Origin: Candidatus Hodarchaeota archaeon
GTDB lineage: Archaea > Asgardarchaeota > Lokiarchaeia > Sigyniarchaeales > SOKP01
Reading direction: 5' to 3'
DNA: 64,000 nt
Assembly: GCA_048887225.1 (NCBI GenBank)
Contig: JBHLJY010000005.1
Location: 96,001-160,000, forward strand
The notes beneath the pieces were generated by a model that ran no database searches, was not told the DNA's origin, and saw only the letters and a list, made by a program, of their open reading frames with translations. Positions 19,876 through 30,292 of this stretch are shown here, in pieces. The translations under genes were made by a program, and so were the position numbers. Within the stretch, counting starts at the first letter, position 1. Each line of letters begins with the position of its first letter.

Positions 19876-20754
19876 TCATTTTTGATAAAATTTTGATAAT
19901 ATCTCCTTGCTTTCACTTTTAATTTTAAATTTCTTTTTAAAATAATTACATAAATTCTCAACATCTCTTTTAAGGAGTTTTTTTGCGTTTGGATGGTCAC
20001 TAGGAACCCATTGCAGCCAATCTATTATTAATATATTTCCTTTTTCATCCACAACGACGTTAAATTCTCCCAAATCACCATGAATAATATTAGCTTTTTT
20101 ATAAATTATTATCATTTGGTTAATAATCTCTTTAAATATGTACTCGGGTTTATCAATACTCTTATAATAAGCCAATTCTTTTCCTCTTAAGTATTCCATT
20201 ACAACGATGTGTCTATTATATCCAATTGGTTTAGGAGTGTTTAAATTAAGATTATAAATCTTTTGAAGTGCTTCGAACTCTTTTCTAGCAGCAAGCCTAT
20301 TCACGTAAAGCCACGAGAAATGGGTTCTTTCACCAATCAAATTTCTAAATTTTTTAATATTTTTAAAACTCGTTCTACCAATTCGATATATTTTTATAGC
20401 GTAGATATTTTCATTATCATCCATACAACTGAATACATCCGATTCCTTACCCTTCCCTAAAATAGGGCCTAATTGACTTATTATATTTTTTTTCACTAAT
20501 GTATGTAAAGCTAAAAGATCGTAAGCTTTTGAATTGAGAGTATATCCAATTTCATATGTAGACGAATCTCTGATTATTAAATCTAATTTGTGAACTTTTT
20601 TTAGTCTAAATAATGTCTCTTCCATTGGATACCTTGAATAAAACTTAATATCATTTACTGTTGTAAACTCGGACCTCTTCATTCCGAGTTCTATTGCCAT
20701 TAAAATTCTCAAATCTTCTTTATCAACTTTAGTGAGAAGTTGAGCAGCTTCCAT
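19876..20754 (-). CDS. rio2: RIO2 atypical Ser/Thr kinase
   Basis: N-terminal wHTH, GKGKESDV, R.GRTSF, IHGDLGEFNV, IDWLQ. Confidence 0.92.
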   Translation of the reverse strand: MEAAQLLTKVDKEDLRILMAIELGMKRSEFTTVNDIKFYSRYPMEETLFRLKKVHKLDLIIRDSSTYEIGYTLNSKAYDLLALHTLVKKNIISQLGPILGKGKESDVFSCMDDNENIYAIKIYRIGRTSFKNIKKFRNLIGERTHFSWLYVNRLAARKEFEALQKIYNLNLNTPKPIGYNRHIVVMEYLRGKELAYYKSIDKPEYIFKEIINQMIIIYKKANIIHGDLGEFNVVVDEKGNILIIDWLQWVPSDHPNAKKLLKRDVENLCNYFKKKFKIKSESKEILSKFYQK

Positions 20755-20922
20755 GACATTTATTTTAATATATTAAAGGTTATTAAATTATCAATCTAAT
20801 AATGGTGTTTTAATAATTTTAATTTAAATGAATAGAAGATATAAGAAGTTAAAAATTAAAAAATGTGTGCATAAAAATTTACGAAAAAACAGTAAGATAT
20901 TTTTATTAAATAGCTAAACAAA

Positions 20923-21840
20923 TCATTGATTTTCTAATCTTAATTTGATTTCGTTCCATTGAACATCGATGTATGCTTTATACTGATTAATTTCTTCAGC
21001 AGTTATTCTACTAAATCTTTTTTGAGCTTTTAAATATTCTTCAACAGGTTTTCTCTTAGAAGGATCCAAATATTTTTTACTAATATTAGATAAGATGAAT
21101 TTACCATTAATAACTTCGTACAAAGGCCAGACTCCCGTTTCTGTAGCCAATCTTCCTACTTTGATTGAATCTTTTGGATCATAACCCCATCCTGGAGGGC
21201 AAGCTGAAAGAATATGTATATATCTAGTACCTTTTATTTCTTGGGCTTTTTGAAATTTTTCATATAAATCAAGAGGATAAGACCCGTTAGCAGTTGCTAC
21301 ATACGGAATTCCATGAGCTTCAAGAATTTTTGGCATATTCTTCTTGGGTAATTTTTTTCCCCCAGGAGTCGTTGCTGTGAAAGCTCCGAGAGGCGTTGAT
21401 CCACTCCGTTGAACCCCTGTATTCATATATGCCTCATTATCATAACAAGCATAAATGAAATTGGTACCTCTCTCTGCGGCTCCACTAAGTGCTTGAATAC
21501 CAATATCAGTAGTACCTCCATCACCAGCGAATGCAACAACAGTTATTTCATCGGCCAGATCTTTTTCTTCCAATGATGCTACTATACCAGAGGCAGCAGC
21601 TCCCGTAGTAGCAAAAGGAGTATGAAGTACAGAAAGGTTAGTAGTACAAAAACCTTGCATTCCATGAAGTACGGTCAGACACGAAGCAGGCACCGTAAGA
21701 ATCGTTTTTGGACCAAGAGCTTTAAGAGCAACTCTATAAATTAGCGCCATCGCACATCCTGCACACATTCTTGTGCCTGGATATATAAATTCCTCTTCTC
21801 GAACATCCATTACTTTTACCATATTTCTCATCCCAATCAA
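20923..21840 (-). CDS. porB: Pyruvate/2-oxoacid:ferredoxin oxidoreductase beta subunit
   Basis: CAGC, TPP motif GDGG..DIG...YDNEAYMNTG. Confidence 0.9.
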   Translation of the reverse strand: MIGMRNMVKVMDVREEEFIYPGTRMCAGCAMALIYRVALKALGPKTILTVPASCLTVLHGMQGFCTTNLSVLHTPFATTGAAASGIVASLEEKDLADEITVVAFAGDGGTTDIGIQALSGAAERGTNFIYACYDNEAYMNTGVQRSGSTPLGAFTATTPGGKKLPKKNMPKILEAHGIPYVATANGSYPLDLYEKFQKAQEIKGTRYIHILSACPPGWGYDPKDSIKVGRLATETGVWPLYEVINGKFILSNISKKYLDPSKRKPVEEYLKAQKRFSRITAEEINQYKAYIDVQWNEIKLRLENQ

Positions 21841-23099
21841 TCTAAAAAATCTAATTCATCTAATTTCAATCCTAAAAATTCAGTTTTATGTGTAATTTCC
21901 CCCTTTTTGGATTCTTCTAAGGCTTTATGAACTCCATCTATGATATGTTCATTTTTTACATCCCTTCCACCTAATCCGACAATAAAGCCCTTAATAAAAG
22001 GATAATCTTTTAAGCCATAGAGTGCAGATTTTAATTCATATGATAAAACACCTTCGTATCCATATCCAATTTCTCTATCAAAAACTATAATATTCTTTTT
22101 GCCTCTAAAAAATTCCCTTAAATATTTGACAGGAAAAGGTCTAAATAATCTTAAGCTTACTAAGCCTACATTTATTCCTTCATTTCGCAGTTTTTTAATA
22201 ACAGTTTTTGCCTGTGAAGAAACTGATCCCATACAGAAAATAATTGTATCAGCATCTTCCGTTTTAAATGTTTTAAACAATCCATTTCCATAAGATCTAC
22301 CAAATTTTTCTGCGAACTCGTCATGAACCTCTATAATAACATCAATAGAATTTTCTAATGCCTTTTGTAAAGAGTATCTAAATTCGTAATAACCTGGAGC
22401 TGTTCCTTCCTGCCTCTTCACAACATTAGGTAATGTCACCGGTCCTACTCCTTTCACTTGTGAGACATCAGATAAATTAATGTGATGTTTTAATGGAGGT
22501 AAAAAATCATCAATCTCTGTTTGACTTTCTAAAGTTATTGGCATCATAGTATGTGAGAGAATATATCCATCATAAGCGACGATTGTAGGTATATAGACTC
22601 TTGGATCTTCTACTATTTTAAATGCCTGAATGTTCGTATCATAGATTTCTTGATTATCTTCACACATAAATTGAATCCAGCCAACATCTCTTACCGTAAT
22701 GAAATCTGAATGGTCATCCCAAACTGACCAAGGGGCTCCACAGCTTCTAGTAGCTAAATTTATTACAATGGGCAATCTAGTTCCTGATGCCCATGGTAAA
22801 AGTTCATACATTAGCATAAGACCGTGTGCTGAAGTCGCAGTTCCTACTCTTGAACCTGTAGCTGAAGCTGCACAACAAGCTGCCGCTGCTGAATGCTCAG
22901 ATTCAACCATCAAAAATCTAGCTTTTAATTTCCCATCACGAATAAATTCAGATATTTTTTCTACAACGGGGCTTTGAGGCGTTATTGGATAGGCAGAAAT
23001 GACACCTACCCTTGCTTGTCTAAATGCATAAGCAGCTGCATGATTTCCCGTTAAAATTTTTACTTTTTTATTTTTTGCCGATATTTCACCTTGAATCAT
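21837..23099 (-). CDS. porA: Pyruvate/2-oxoacid:ferredoxin oxidoreductase alpha subunit
   Basis: GNHAAA, AYPITPQS, ESEHSA, GLGGRD. Start set at ATG 23099, giving a 4-nt overlap with porD. Confidence 0.9.
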   Translation of the reverse strand: MIQGEISAKNKKVKILTGNHAAAYAFRQARVGVISAYPITPQSPVVEKISEFIRDGKLKARFLMVESEHSAAAACCAASATGSRVGTATSAHGLMLMYELLPWASGTRLPIVINLATRSCGAPWSVWDDHSDFITVRDVGWIQFMCEDNQEIYDTNIQAFKIVEDPRVYIPTIVAYDGYILSHTMMPITLESQTEIDDFLPPLKHHINLSDVSQVKGVGPVTLPNVVKRQEGTAPGYYEFRYSLQKALENSIDVIIEVHDEFAEKFGRSYGNGLFKTFKTEDADTIIFCMGSVSSQAKTVIKKLRNEGINVGLVSLRLFRPFPVKYLREFFRGKKNIIVFDREIGYGYEGVLSYELKSALYGLKDYPFIKGFIVGLGGRDVKNEHIIDGVHKALEESKKGEITHKTEFLGLKLDELDFLD

Positions 23100-23416
23100 A
23101 GAACTTTCACCTCTTTCATTGAAATCGCTTTTACGGGGCATTCTTCCATACATATCCCACATCCTTTACAATAATCATTGTTGATTTTAGGTGGAATAGT
23201 TCTTGATACACATGAATCTGGACAATAAAGCCAACAATTAAAACAAGAATGTTTTCCTGTTTTTACTGGTATGCATTTTGTTTCATCAATTATGGGTTTT
23301 AAACTACTCCATGTACCTGTTTTGCCAGCCTCACCGATAACTGGTTTTTGGACTGAGGCTAATATTTTTTGATAATCTTTTTTCGAATCTGTCATGGAAA
23401 TAACACAATTAGACAT
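23096..23416 (-). CDS. porD: 2-oxoacid:ferredoxin oxidoreductase delta subunit (4Fe-4S)
   Basis: KTGTW...P, CFNCWLYCPD, YCKGCGICMEECP. Confidence 0.9.
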   Translation of the reverse strand: MSNCVISMTDSKKDYQKILASVQKPVIGEAGKTGTWSSLKPIIDETKCIPVKTGKHSCFNCWLYCPDSCVSRTIPPKINNDYCKGCGICMEECPVKAISMKEVKVL

Positions 23417-23671
23417 ATTTAGACTATTACCCTATTTAATAGCTCTTGAAATAAAACTCTTTTCTTTATTACTTAACCAGATTTTAATCAAAAAAATTAT
23501 AATTTTTAATTATTTGTTATAGTGTGTAAAAATAACAATAAAGAGTAAGAAATATATATTTAATATTTCCTTATTTCTTTTGAGTAAATTTAATACTCTG
23601 ACTAATTGTAAGAATAAATATAAATTTTTTATTTTTAAAAGCCATCAATAAAAGAAAATGGTGAAAAAATC

Positions 23672-26600
23672 TTGAATGAAGATATTAGAAAAAAAAAATC
23701 TGAAGTGGAATATCGTCTCATTTTAGAAAACGCCAATGATTTGATTGCTGTTCTTAACGAAAAATCTGAATATGAATTTATTAACGAGAAAACTCATTTG
23801 AAATTAACTGGTTATGACAGAGAAGATTTAATAGGCAAACCAGCGTTAGATTTTGTTCATCCAGATGAGAGAGAAGTTGCTAAAAGCGCCATAAAAAAAG
23901 CTTTTGAAGTTGGTGAATATACGGGAGAATTAAGAATGAGAAATAAAAAGGATTTTTATGGATGGGTTTATGTTAAAGGTAAAGTGTTTAATGACCAAGA
24001 GGGAAAAAGAAAACTCCTTACAATTGCTAGAGACATTACCGAGCGTAAGAAAATCGAAGATGTATTAAGAGAGAGTGAAGAAAGATACAAAGATCTATTT
24101 AACTCAAGCCCAGATGGTATTGTAACTACTACACTGGATGGTAAATTTCTTAATGCCAATAAAGCTTATCAAGACATGCTTGGTTATACATTAGAAGAAC
24201 TTAAAAGCATGAATTTCCAATTGATTACTCCAAAGAAATGGCACGAGGCTGAAGCAGAGGCAATTAAAAATTTCATATTTGAGGGACATGGAACGTTTGA
24301 AAAGGAATATATAAGAAAAGATGGAACGATATTTCCTATATCACTAACAGGATGGTTAATCAAGGATGAGCAGGGAAATCCTATAAAAATAGGTGCTTTA
24401 ATTAAAGATATCACTGAATATAAGTTTGCAGAACAAATATTAAAAGAATCTGAAAAAAGATTTCGAAGCTTATATGAAAACGCTCTTGTAGGTTTATGGA
24501 CTTCAAAAATAAAAGATGGTAAATTTATTAGAGCAAACGATACTGCTGCTAAAATTGCCGGTTATGACAATGCAGAGGATTTGATAAATAATAGTACTGC
24601 TATAAAACTTTTTAATTATGAAGATAGGGTAGAATTCATCAGGCAATTAAGAGAACATGGTGTAAAATCTGGTTTTGATGCCGAATTGGTTGATAAAAAT
24701 GGAAATAGAAAGGGAATATCTATTTCTGGTAGAATTGATCAAGAAAAAGGGACAATAGAGGGTGCATTTATTGATATTTCAGAAAGAATAAAAAGTGAAC
24801 AAAATTTAAGAGATTCTGAAGAAAAATATAGCAACCTTTTTCATGGTTCGAATGATGCCATCTTTATTCATGATTTAGAGGGTAATATTATAGATATAAA
24901 TCAAAAAGTATTAGATTTATTTGGTTATACAAAATCAGAGATGCTATCCCTCAAAATAGCTAAGATACATCCAACCGAAGCCCTTTCAATGTCTAAAAAA
25001 GCTTTTGAAGAAATTTCGCAAAAAGGTTTTGTAAGATTTGAGATTAATTTTAAAAAAAAGAACGGTGATATATTTCCCGCTGAAGTTTCATCAAGTATCT
25101 TTAACCTAGGTAGAAATAAAGTTATTCAAGGAATTGTTCGGGATATAACCGAGCGAAGGAAAGCAGAACAAAAATTAAAGAGCTCAGAAGGGAGATTTAA
25201 AGAAATCTTTGAAAATGCAAATGATGGTATACTTATTGGTAACCCAAATGAAAATAAATTCTACATGGCCAATAAATCGATTTGTGAAATGTTTGGATAT
25301 AATTTGGAAGAGTTTAATAAAATTGGTGCTTTTGGGTTTTATTTTAAAGAGGATCTACCTTATATCAAAGAACAGTACGATAAACAAATGAGTGGCAAAT
25401 TACCATTAGCTATTAATATCCCCACCAGAAAAAAAGATGGCACTAAATTTTATGTTGATATTAGTACAAAAAACATAACTATAGACGGAAAAACATATAT
25501 GTTGGGTGTATTCCGAGATATCACAGAACGCAGAAAAGCTGAAGACAAATTAAAAGATTCTGAATTAAAATACCGGCATTTATTCGAAAGTTCTCCATAT
25601 TTCATAGGACTTTTAGATCTAAAAGGAAATTTAATAGATTGCAATACTGTGGTAAACAAATTTCTTTCTGTACATACTAAAGAAGATTTAATTGGGAAAA
25701 ATTTCACAGAGATTGTTTCATTAACCGATAGAAACAAACATCTTTCGCCGATGTTAAAAGAGTTATTTTATAATATAATTAAGGGTGAAATTATAGAAGC
25801 TGTTGAATTTCCAATATATAGGTCAATCGGCGATATTAAATGGCTAAGTTTACATGCCTCTTTAATAGAAATAGAAAATGAAACCTTAATACAAATTTTG
25901 ATGCAGGATATAACAGAGAAAAAAAAAGCTGAACAAGAATTAAAAGAATCTGAAGAAAAATATAGAACTTTAGTTGAAACTTCACCTAATTCAATAGTAT
26001 TGTTAGATATAAATGGAATTATTATTGATTGTAATAAAGAGACTGAACTTCTTATAGATTTAGAGAGAGAAGAAATAGTAGGTAAGAATTTTATTGACTT
26101 ATATACTATGCCAAGAAATAAAATACCCAGCTTGATTAAAATTTTTGAGAAGATTAAAAAAGGCGAAATAACTTCTCCTATAGAATTTGAGTATGTGAAT
26201 AAACAAGGTAAAGAAGTTTGGGTGGAAGCCTATATTTCTTTGGTAAAAATTGAGGATGAAATGCTTATTCAAATAGTTTCAATAGATATAACTTCTCGGA
26301 AAATTGCTGAACAAAGCTTAAAAGATTCAGAAAAAAAATATAGAAATATTATTGAGAGCATTAAAGAGGGTTATTTTGAAGTCGATTTAAAGGGTAACTT
26401 TACTTTTTTCAACGACGCTTTAATCGAAATGACAGGTTATACTCGAGAAGAGGCAATGGGAACGAATTTTAGTAATTACATGTCTGAAGAGAATAGTAAA
26501 AGAACATTTAGATTATTTAATGAAGTATATAATACTGGAATCCCACAAAAAAGCTTTCAATACGAATTTTTTAGAAAAGACGGAAGGATTATGTATGGTG

Positions 26601-28561
26601 AATCTTCAGTTTATTTAAGATACGATTCTAACGGAAATAAAATCGGCTTCAGTGGTCTTCTGAGAGATATCACAGAAAAGAGGGAAGCAGAAGAGAAATT
26701 AAAAGAATCAGAAGAAAAGTTTAGAAAAATTACCGAACAAACTCTCCTAGGGATTACTATTCTTCAAGATAATGTAATTAAATATGCAAATCAACATCTC
26801 TCAGATATAAGTGGTTACTCAATTGAGGAAATGAAAAGCTGGAGCCCTAGAGAATTTTTAAATTTTGTCCACCCAGATTATCAAAAAATAGTTTTAGACC
26901 AAACTAGTAAAAAGCAGAAGGGTTTAGAAGATGTTATAAATCATTATATTCTTAAAATTATTAAAAAGACGGGCGAGGAAATATGGGTTGAAAATTATTC
27001 TAAAACAATTACATACCAGAATAAACCTGCAGATCTCGTTACAATAATAGACATTACCGATAAAAAAAAAGCAGAAGAGAAATTAAAGGAATCAGAAGAA
27101 AAGTACAGAAAAATGATTGAGGAGTTAGATTTAGGGTTTTATCAAGTAGCTTGGGATGGTTCAATACTAAATGTTAATCCAGCACTTAGGAAAATAATGG
27201 GATATGATGAGTCTGTAAATTTAGATGAAATAAACACTTTAGATTTTTGGAAAACCGATGAAGATCGAAAGAAATTTGTTAAAGAATTATTAGAACACGA
27301 TTTTGTTGATGATTTCATCGCTCAGGGTAAAAATAGGTACAATTTAGATGTAGCTTTACGAGTGGATTCTCATTTAATAAGAGATGAAAACGGAAAACCA
27401 ATAAGAATTGAAGGAACTATGTCTGATATTACTGATAAATTCAAATTAGAGCAAAAGTTAAAGCGTTCAGAAGAAAGATATCGTCATCTTTTTGAAAGTT
27501 CTCCTTTTGCGATAATATTGATAGATTATAATAATATAGTTAGGGAGTGTAATCCTGCAACTGTAAAAATTATTGGATACGAAAAGGAAGAATTAATCGG
27601 TAGATCACTTTACAATCTTTCAATTGTTCATCCAGAATATATACCAATATTTGTTAAGCGATTGAAATTATTTTTTAAAGGACAATCAATACCCGCTATT
27701 GACGTGAAATTATATAAAAAAGATGGAACTTTATTTTGGGCAAATATTATATCTACAAGCATCAAATTAGGTAATGAAACATTTATTCAAGTTATGGGGC
27801 ATGATATCACGGAACGTAAAAAAGCTGAGCTTCTTGTTAAGGAGGAAGTAGAAAAACTGAAAGAGTTAGATCAAATTAGAAGAGAGCTTATCTCGAGAGT
27901 ATCGCATGAATTAAAAACTCCTTTAATTCCTGTGTTAGGTGGTGCTGAATATCTTCTACACTCGTATAAATTTGATAAGGAACAATTAGAAATATTAGAA
28001 ATGATGGAGAAGGGAGGTAAGCGCTTAGCTAAATTGGTTGAAAATTTACTTGATATAACTCGAATTGAATACAAAAAATTCGAACTAAAGAAACAAATGA
28101 CCAATTTGAGTGAAATTATTAAAGAAACCGTTAGCGATATGAAATACTTAATAAAAAAACGAGATATCGACCTAAATTTAGTAGTTCCTGACGATTTATA
28201 TTTGGAAATTGATAGTAGTAGAATGGAACAAGTAATTACAAATTTATTATCGAATGCAATAAAGAATTCTCCTCCGAAAGGTAGAGTAAGTTTAGCTTTA
28301 GAGAAATATGGCAATTGGGCAATATTTTCGGTTAGCGATACAGGAGTTGGATTTACTGAAGAAGAAATGAAAAGGATATTTACTAGATTCGGTAAAATCG
28401 AAAGATATGGGGAGGGTTTAGAATATGTCGACATGGAAGGCTCTGGTCTTGGATTATATATCACTAAACAAATAGTTGATCTACATGGTGGAAAAATTTG
28501 GGTGGAATCTACTGGAAGGAATAAAGGTTGTATATTTAATGTTAGACTCCCTATCATTTAA
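23672..28561 (+). CDS. Cytoplasmic sensor histidine kinase with 11 tandem PAS/PAC domains
   Basis: 11 units each ending in a DIT/DIS-E/D/S-R/K-type linker; H-box SHELKTPL, N-box NLLSNAIK, G1 DTGVG, G2 GSGLGL; no TM or receiver domain. Confidence 0.93.
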   Translation: MNEDIRKKKSEVEYRLILENANDLIAVLNEKSEYEFINEKTHLKLTGYDREDLIGKPALDFVHPDEREVAKSAIKKAFEVGEYTGELRMRNKKDFYGWVYVKGKVFNDQEGKRKLLTIARDITERKKIEDVLRESEERYKDLFNSSPDGIVTTTLDGKFLNANKAYQDMLGYTLEELKSMNFQLITPKKWHEAEAEAIKNFIFEGHGTFEKEYIRKDGTIFPISLTGWLIKDEQGNPIKIGALIKDITEYKFAEQILKESEKRFRSLYENALVGLWTSKIKDGKFIRANDTAAKIAGYDNAEDLINNSTAIKLFNYEDRVEFIRQLREHGVKSGFDAELVDKNGNRKGISISGRIDQEKGTIEGAFIDISERIKSEQNLRDSEEKYSNLFHGSNDAIFIHDLEGNIIDINQKVLDLFGYTKSEMLSLKIAKIHPTEALSMSKKAFEEISQKGFVRFEINFKKKNGDIFPAEVSSSIFNLGRNKVIQGIVRDITERRKAEQKLKSSEGRFKEIFENANDGILIGNPNENKFYMANKSICEMFGYNLEEFNKIGAFGFYFKEDLPYIKEQYDKQMSGKLPLAINIPTRKKDGTKFYVDISTKNITIDGKTYMLGVFRDITERRKAEDKLKDSELKYRHLFESSPYFIGLLDLKGNLIDCNTVVNKFLSVHTKEDLIGKNFTEIVSLTDRNKHLSPMLKELFYNIIKGEIIEAVEFPIYRSIGDIKWLSLHASLIEIENETLIQILMQDITEKKKAEQELKESEEKYRTLVETSPNSIVLLDINGIIIDCNKETELLIDLEREEIVGKNFIDLYTMPRNKIPSLIKIFEKIKKGEITSPIEFEYVNKQGKEVWVEAYISLVKIEDEMLIQIVSIDITSRKIAEQSLKDSEKKYRNIIESIKEGYFEVDLKGNFTFFNDALIEMTGYTREEAMGTNFSNYMSEENSKRTFRLFNEVYNTGIPQKSFQYEFFRKDGRIMYGESSVYLRYDSNGNKIGFSGLLRDITEKREAEEKLKESEEKFRKITEQTLLGITILQDNVIKYANQHLSDISGYSIEEMKSWSPREFLNFVHPDYQKIVLDQTSKKQKGLEDVINHYILKIIKKTGEEIWVENYSKTITYQNKPADLVTIIDITDKKKAEEKLKESEEKYRKMIEELDLGFYQVAWDGSILNVNPALRKIMGYDESVNLDEINTLDFWKTDEDRKKFVKELLEHDFVDDFIAQGKNRYNLDVALRVDSHLIRDENGKPIRIEGTMSDITDKFKLEQKLKRSEERYRHLFESSPFAIILIDYNNIVRECNPATVKIIGYEKEELIGRSLYNLSIVHPEYIPIFVKRLKLFFKGQSIPAIDVKLYKKDGTLFWANIISTSIKLGNETFIQVMGHDITERKKAELLVKEEVEKLKELDQIRRELISRVSHELKTPLIPVLGGAEYLLHSYKFDKEQLEILEMMEKGGKRLAKLVENLLDITRIEYKKFELKKQMTNLSEIIKETVSDMKYLIKKRDIDLNLVVPDDLYLEIDSSRMEQVITNLLSNAIKNSPPKGRVSLALEKYGNWAIFSVSDTGVGFTEEEMKRIFTRFGKIERYGEGLEYVDMEGSGLGLYITKQIVDLHGGKIWVESTGRNKGCIFNVRLPII

Positions 28562-28583
28562 GCTAATATATATCGAGAAAGAT

Positions 28584-29159
28584 TTACAAAATTTTTGCTA
28601 ATTTATATCCTTCTTCAATCAGTTCAATGTTTAATCTAGCTAAATTTTTATTCATTCTTTTTTGAACAACTTTATTTATATTATCTAAACTTAAGCCATT
28701 TAAAGATTTAGAAAGTAAACCTAAAATTGGAGTATTAACTATTGGAGCTCCATCAATGATTAAGCCTTTCTCTAAAGCCAATTTATTTATATCAGCAACG
28801 ATAATCCTAATGTTGGAAAGGTTATATTTATCTGCAAAATATTTAGGTCCTTTTTCAGAATTTATAATAAAAATTCCGTCTTTTTTTAAAGAAGAAGTAA
28901 TTGTTTGATTTAATACGGTCTCATCAAGAGCAATTATAATATCTGGAGCTTCTATTTGAGTACGATCCCATATTTTTTCTTTTTTAGAAAGTTTAGCAAA
29001 CGCTTGGACAGGCGCTCCCCTTCTCTCAGCTCCAAAAGAAGGATATGCGTGAACATCTGCAAAATTACCTCCTAAAAATGCTGCTTCTGCAATGATTTCG
29101 CACGCAGTTACTGCACCTTGACCTCCTCGACCGTGAATTACAATATTAATAACGTCCAT
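28584..29159 (-). CDS. porC: 2-oxoacid:ferredoxin oxidoreductase gamma subunit
   Basis: HGRGGQGAVT, PSFGAERRGAPV, NTPILG. Confidence 0.9.
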   Translation of the reverse strand: MDVINIVIHGRGGQGAVTACEIIAEAAFLGGNFADVHAYPSFGAERRGAPVQAFAKLSKKEKIWDRTQIEAPDIIIALDETVLNQTITSSLKKDGIFIINSEKGPKYFADKYNLSNIRIIVADINKLALEKGLIIDGAPIVNTPILGLLSKSLNGLSLDNINKVVQKRMNKNLARLNIELIEEGYKLAKIL

Positions 29160-29355
29160 TGAAAAGAAGTTTGCTGATTAAAGTATAATATACTGAAATA
29201 TTACTTTTTAATATGAAATATATTTTATAATTAAAAATTTTTCTTTATTTTGGATAATATTTCGAGTGGTAAAAGAGGTGGTTAAACTTATTTTGTCTCC
29301 TTTTTTCTAATTTTTATTTAAAGCTTAAAGAAAATTTTCAGAAAGAAAATATTAA

Positions 29356-29925
29356 TTAAAAATTTCGTAATATAGAAGGATTTCTATTATTTCCAAATTT
29401 AGCTTGTAATAAATTCTTTTGCAGACATTTTAATATATTGTTTTTTCCCGTTTTTGAGAGTCCATAGGTAAAAATTTTATTTGCATTCTGTTTAATTATG
29501 GCTTTTTCTTTTGGTAAAGATTGATTAAATGAATGAAAAAGATTTACGATTTCATAATATTTTTCTTTATCTCCAAATTTTTCAGATTCACAGTGAAATC
29601 CTTTATAAACTTCAGGAATATTTTGAAGTTCAATCACGAAAAACTCCATTATTTCTTTAAACGAGCTTAAATTATATTGTTGTTCAAAACAGATAAGACT
29701 TACCATGATAAATTCCACATTTCCTCTTGCCAAAGGGCTATAAATTTCAAAAAGCAGGTTAATAGTCCTTATAGGACCAAATTCGTGAATAAAAAAGCCT
29801 TCTCTGTAGAGATCCATAAGAAGAGGAATGTGATCTAGATGAATTGAGTTCTTTAGCTCAGGGGCTTTTAATAAAATCCTTGGTCCAGATATATTGTTAA
29901 AATAACTTAGGAGAGGATAAATCAT
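29356..29925 (-). CDS. Hypothetical protein: longin/uDENN-like N-terminal domain plus a vestigial small-GTPase P-loop
   Basis: LSYFNNISGPRIL...beta/alpha pattern; C-terminal KIFTYGLSKTGKNNIL. Confidence 0.5.
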   Translation of the reverse strand: MIYPLLSYFNNISGPRILLKAPELKNSIHLDHIPLLMDLYREGFFIHEFGPIRTINLLFEIYSPLARGNVEFIMVSLICFEQQYNLSSFKEIMEFFVIELQNIPEVYKGFHCESEKFGDKEKYYEIVNLFHSFNQSLPKEKAIIKQNANKIFTYGLSKTGKNNILKCLQKNLLQAKFGNNRNPSILRNF

Positions 29926-30292
29926 TTATTGTATCAACTCTAGCTTTATTTATAGCGATCAAAATAAATAATCTTATATTATTTGGATATTATAACACAA
30001 AATATTATGCGAATACAATTATTAAAAAAGCTATTCTCGGTTCTTCGACTCGAACCTTAAAAGAGGTAGGATCGTATTTTTCACCAATAGTATTACTAAT
30101 TGGTATTGATTTCCAAAATCTGTACTATGGGAATATCTATCACATAATTTTAAAAAATTTTTTACAGTCTCTTAATAATAATAGTAATAAATATTTGTTA
30201 ATGTTATTAAAAATTTAACAATTAGAGTTAATATTAATTTTTTCTATTAATAATTAGATTTTTTTAAAATTATTTATAAGTATAGCATTGAA

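Noticed and set aside
27871-28557. 228-aa antisense ORF, and the other short nested ORFs in the track (e.g. 6092-6421, 41684-42040, 43790-44182, 63708-63890)
   Set aside because: They lie wholly within well-supported genes on the other strand or frame and have no motifs.
30030-30075. GC-richer patch with a GGTTC...GAACC hairpin, reading GGTTCGAGTC (T-loop-like) on the minus strand
   Set aside because: I could not build an acceptor stem, cloverleaf or known riboswitch fold, and the open frame across it has no start codon.
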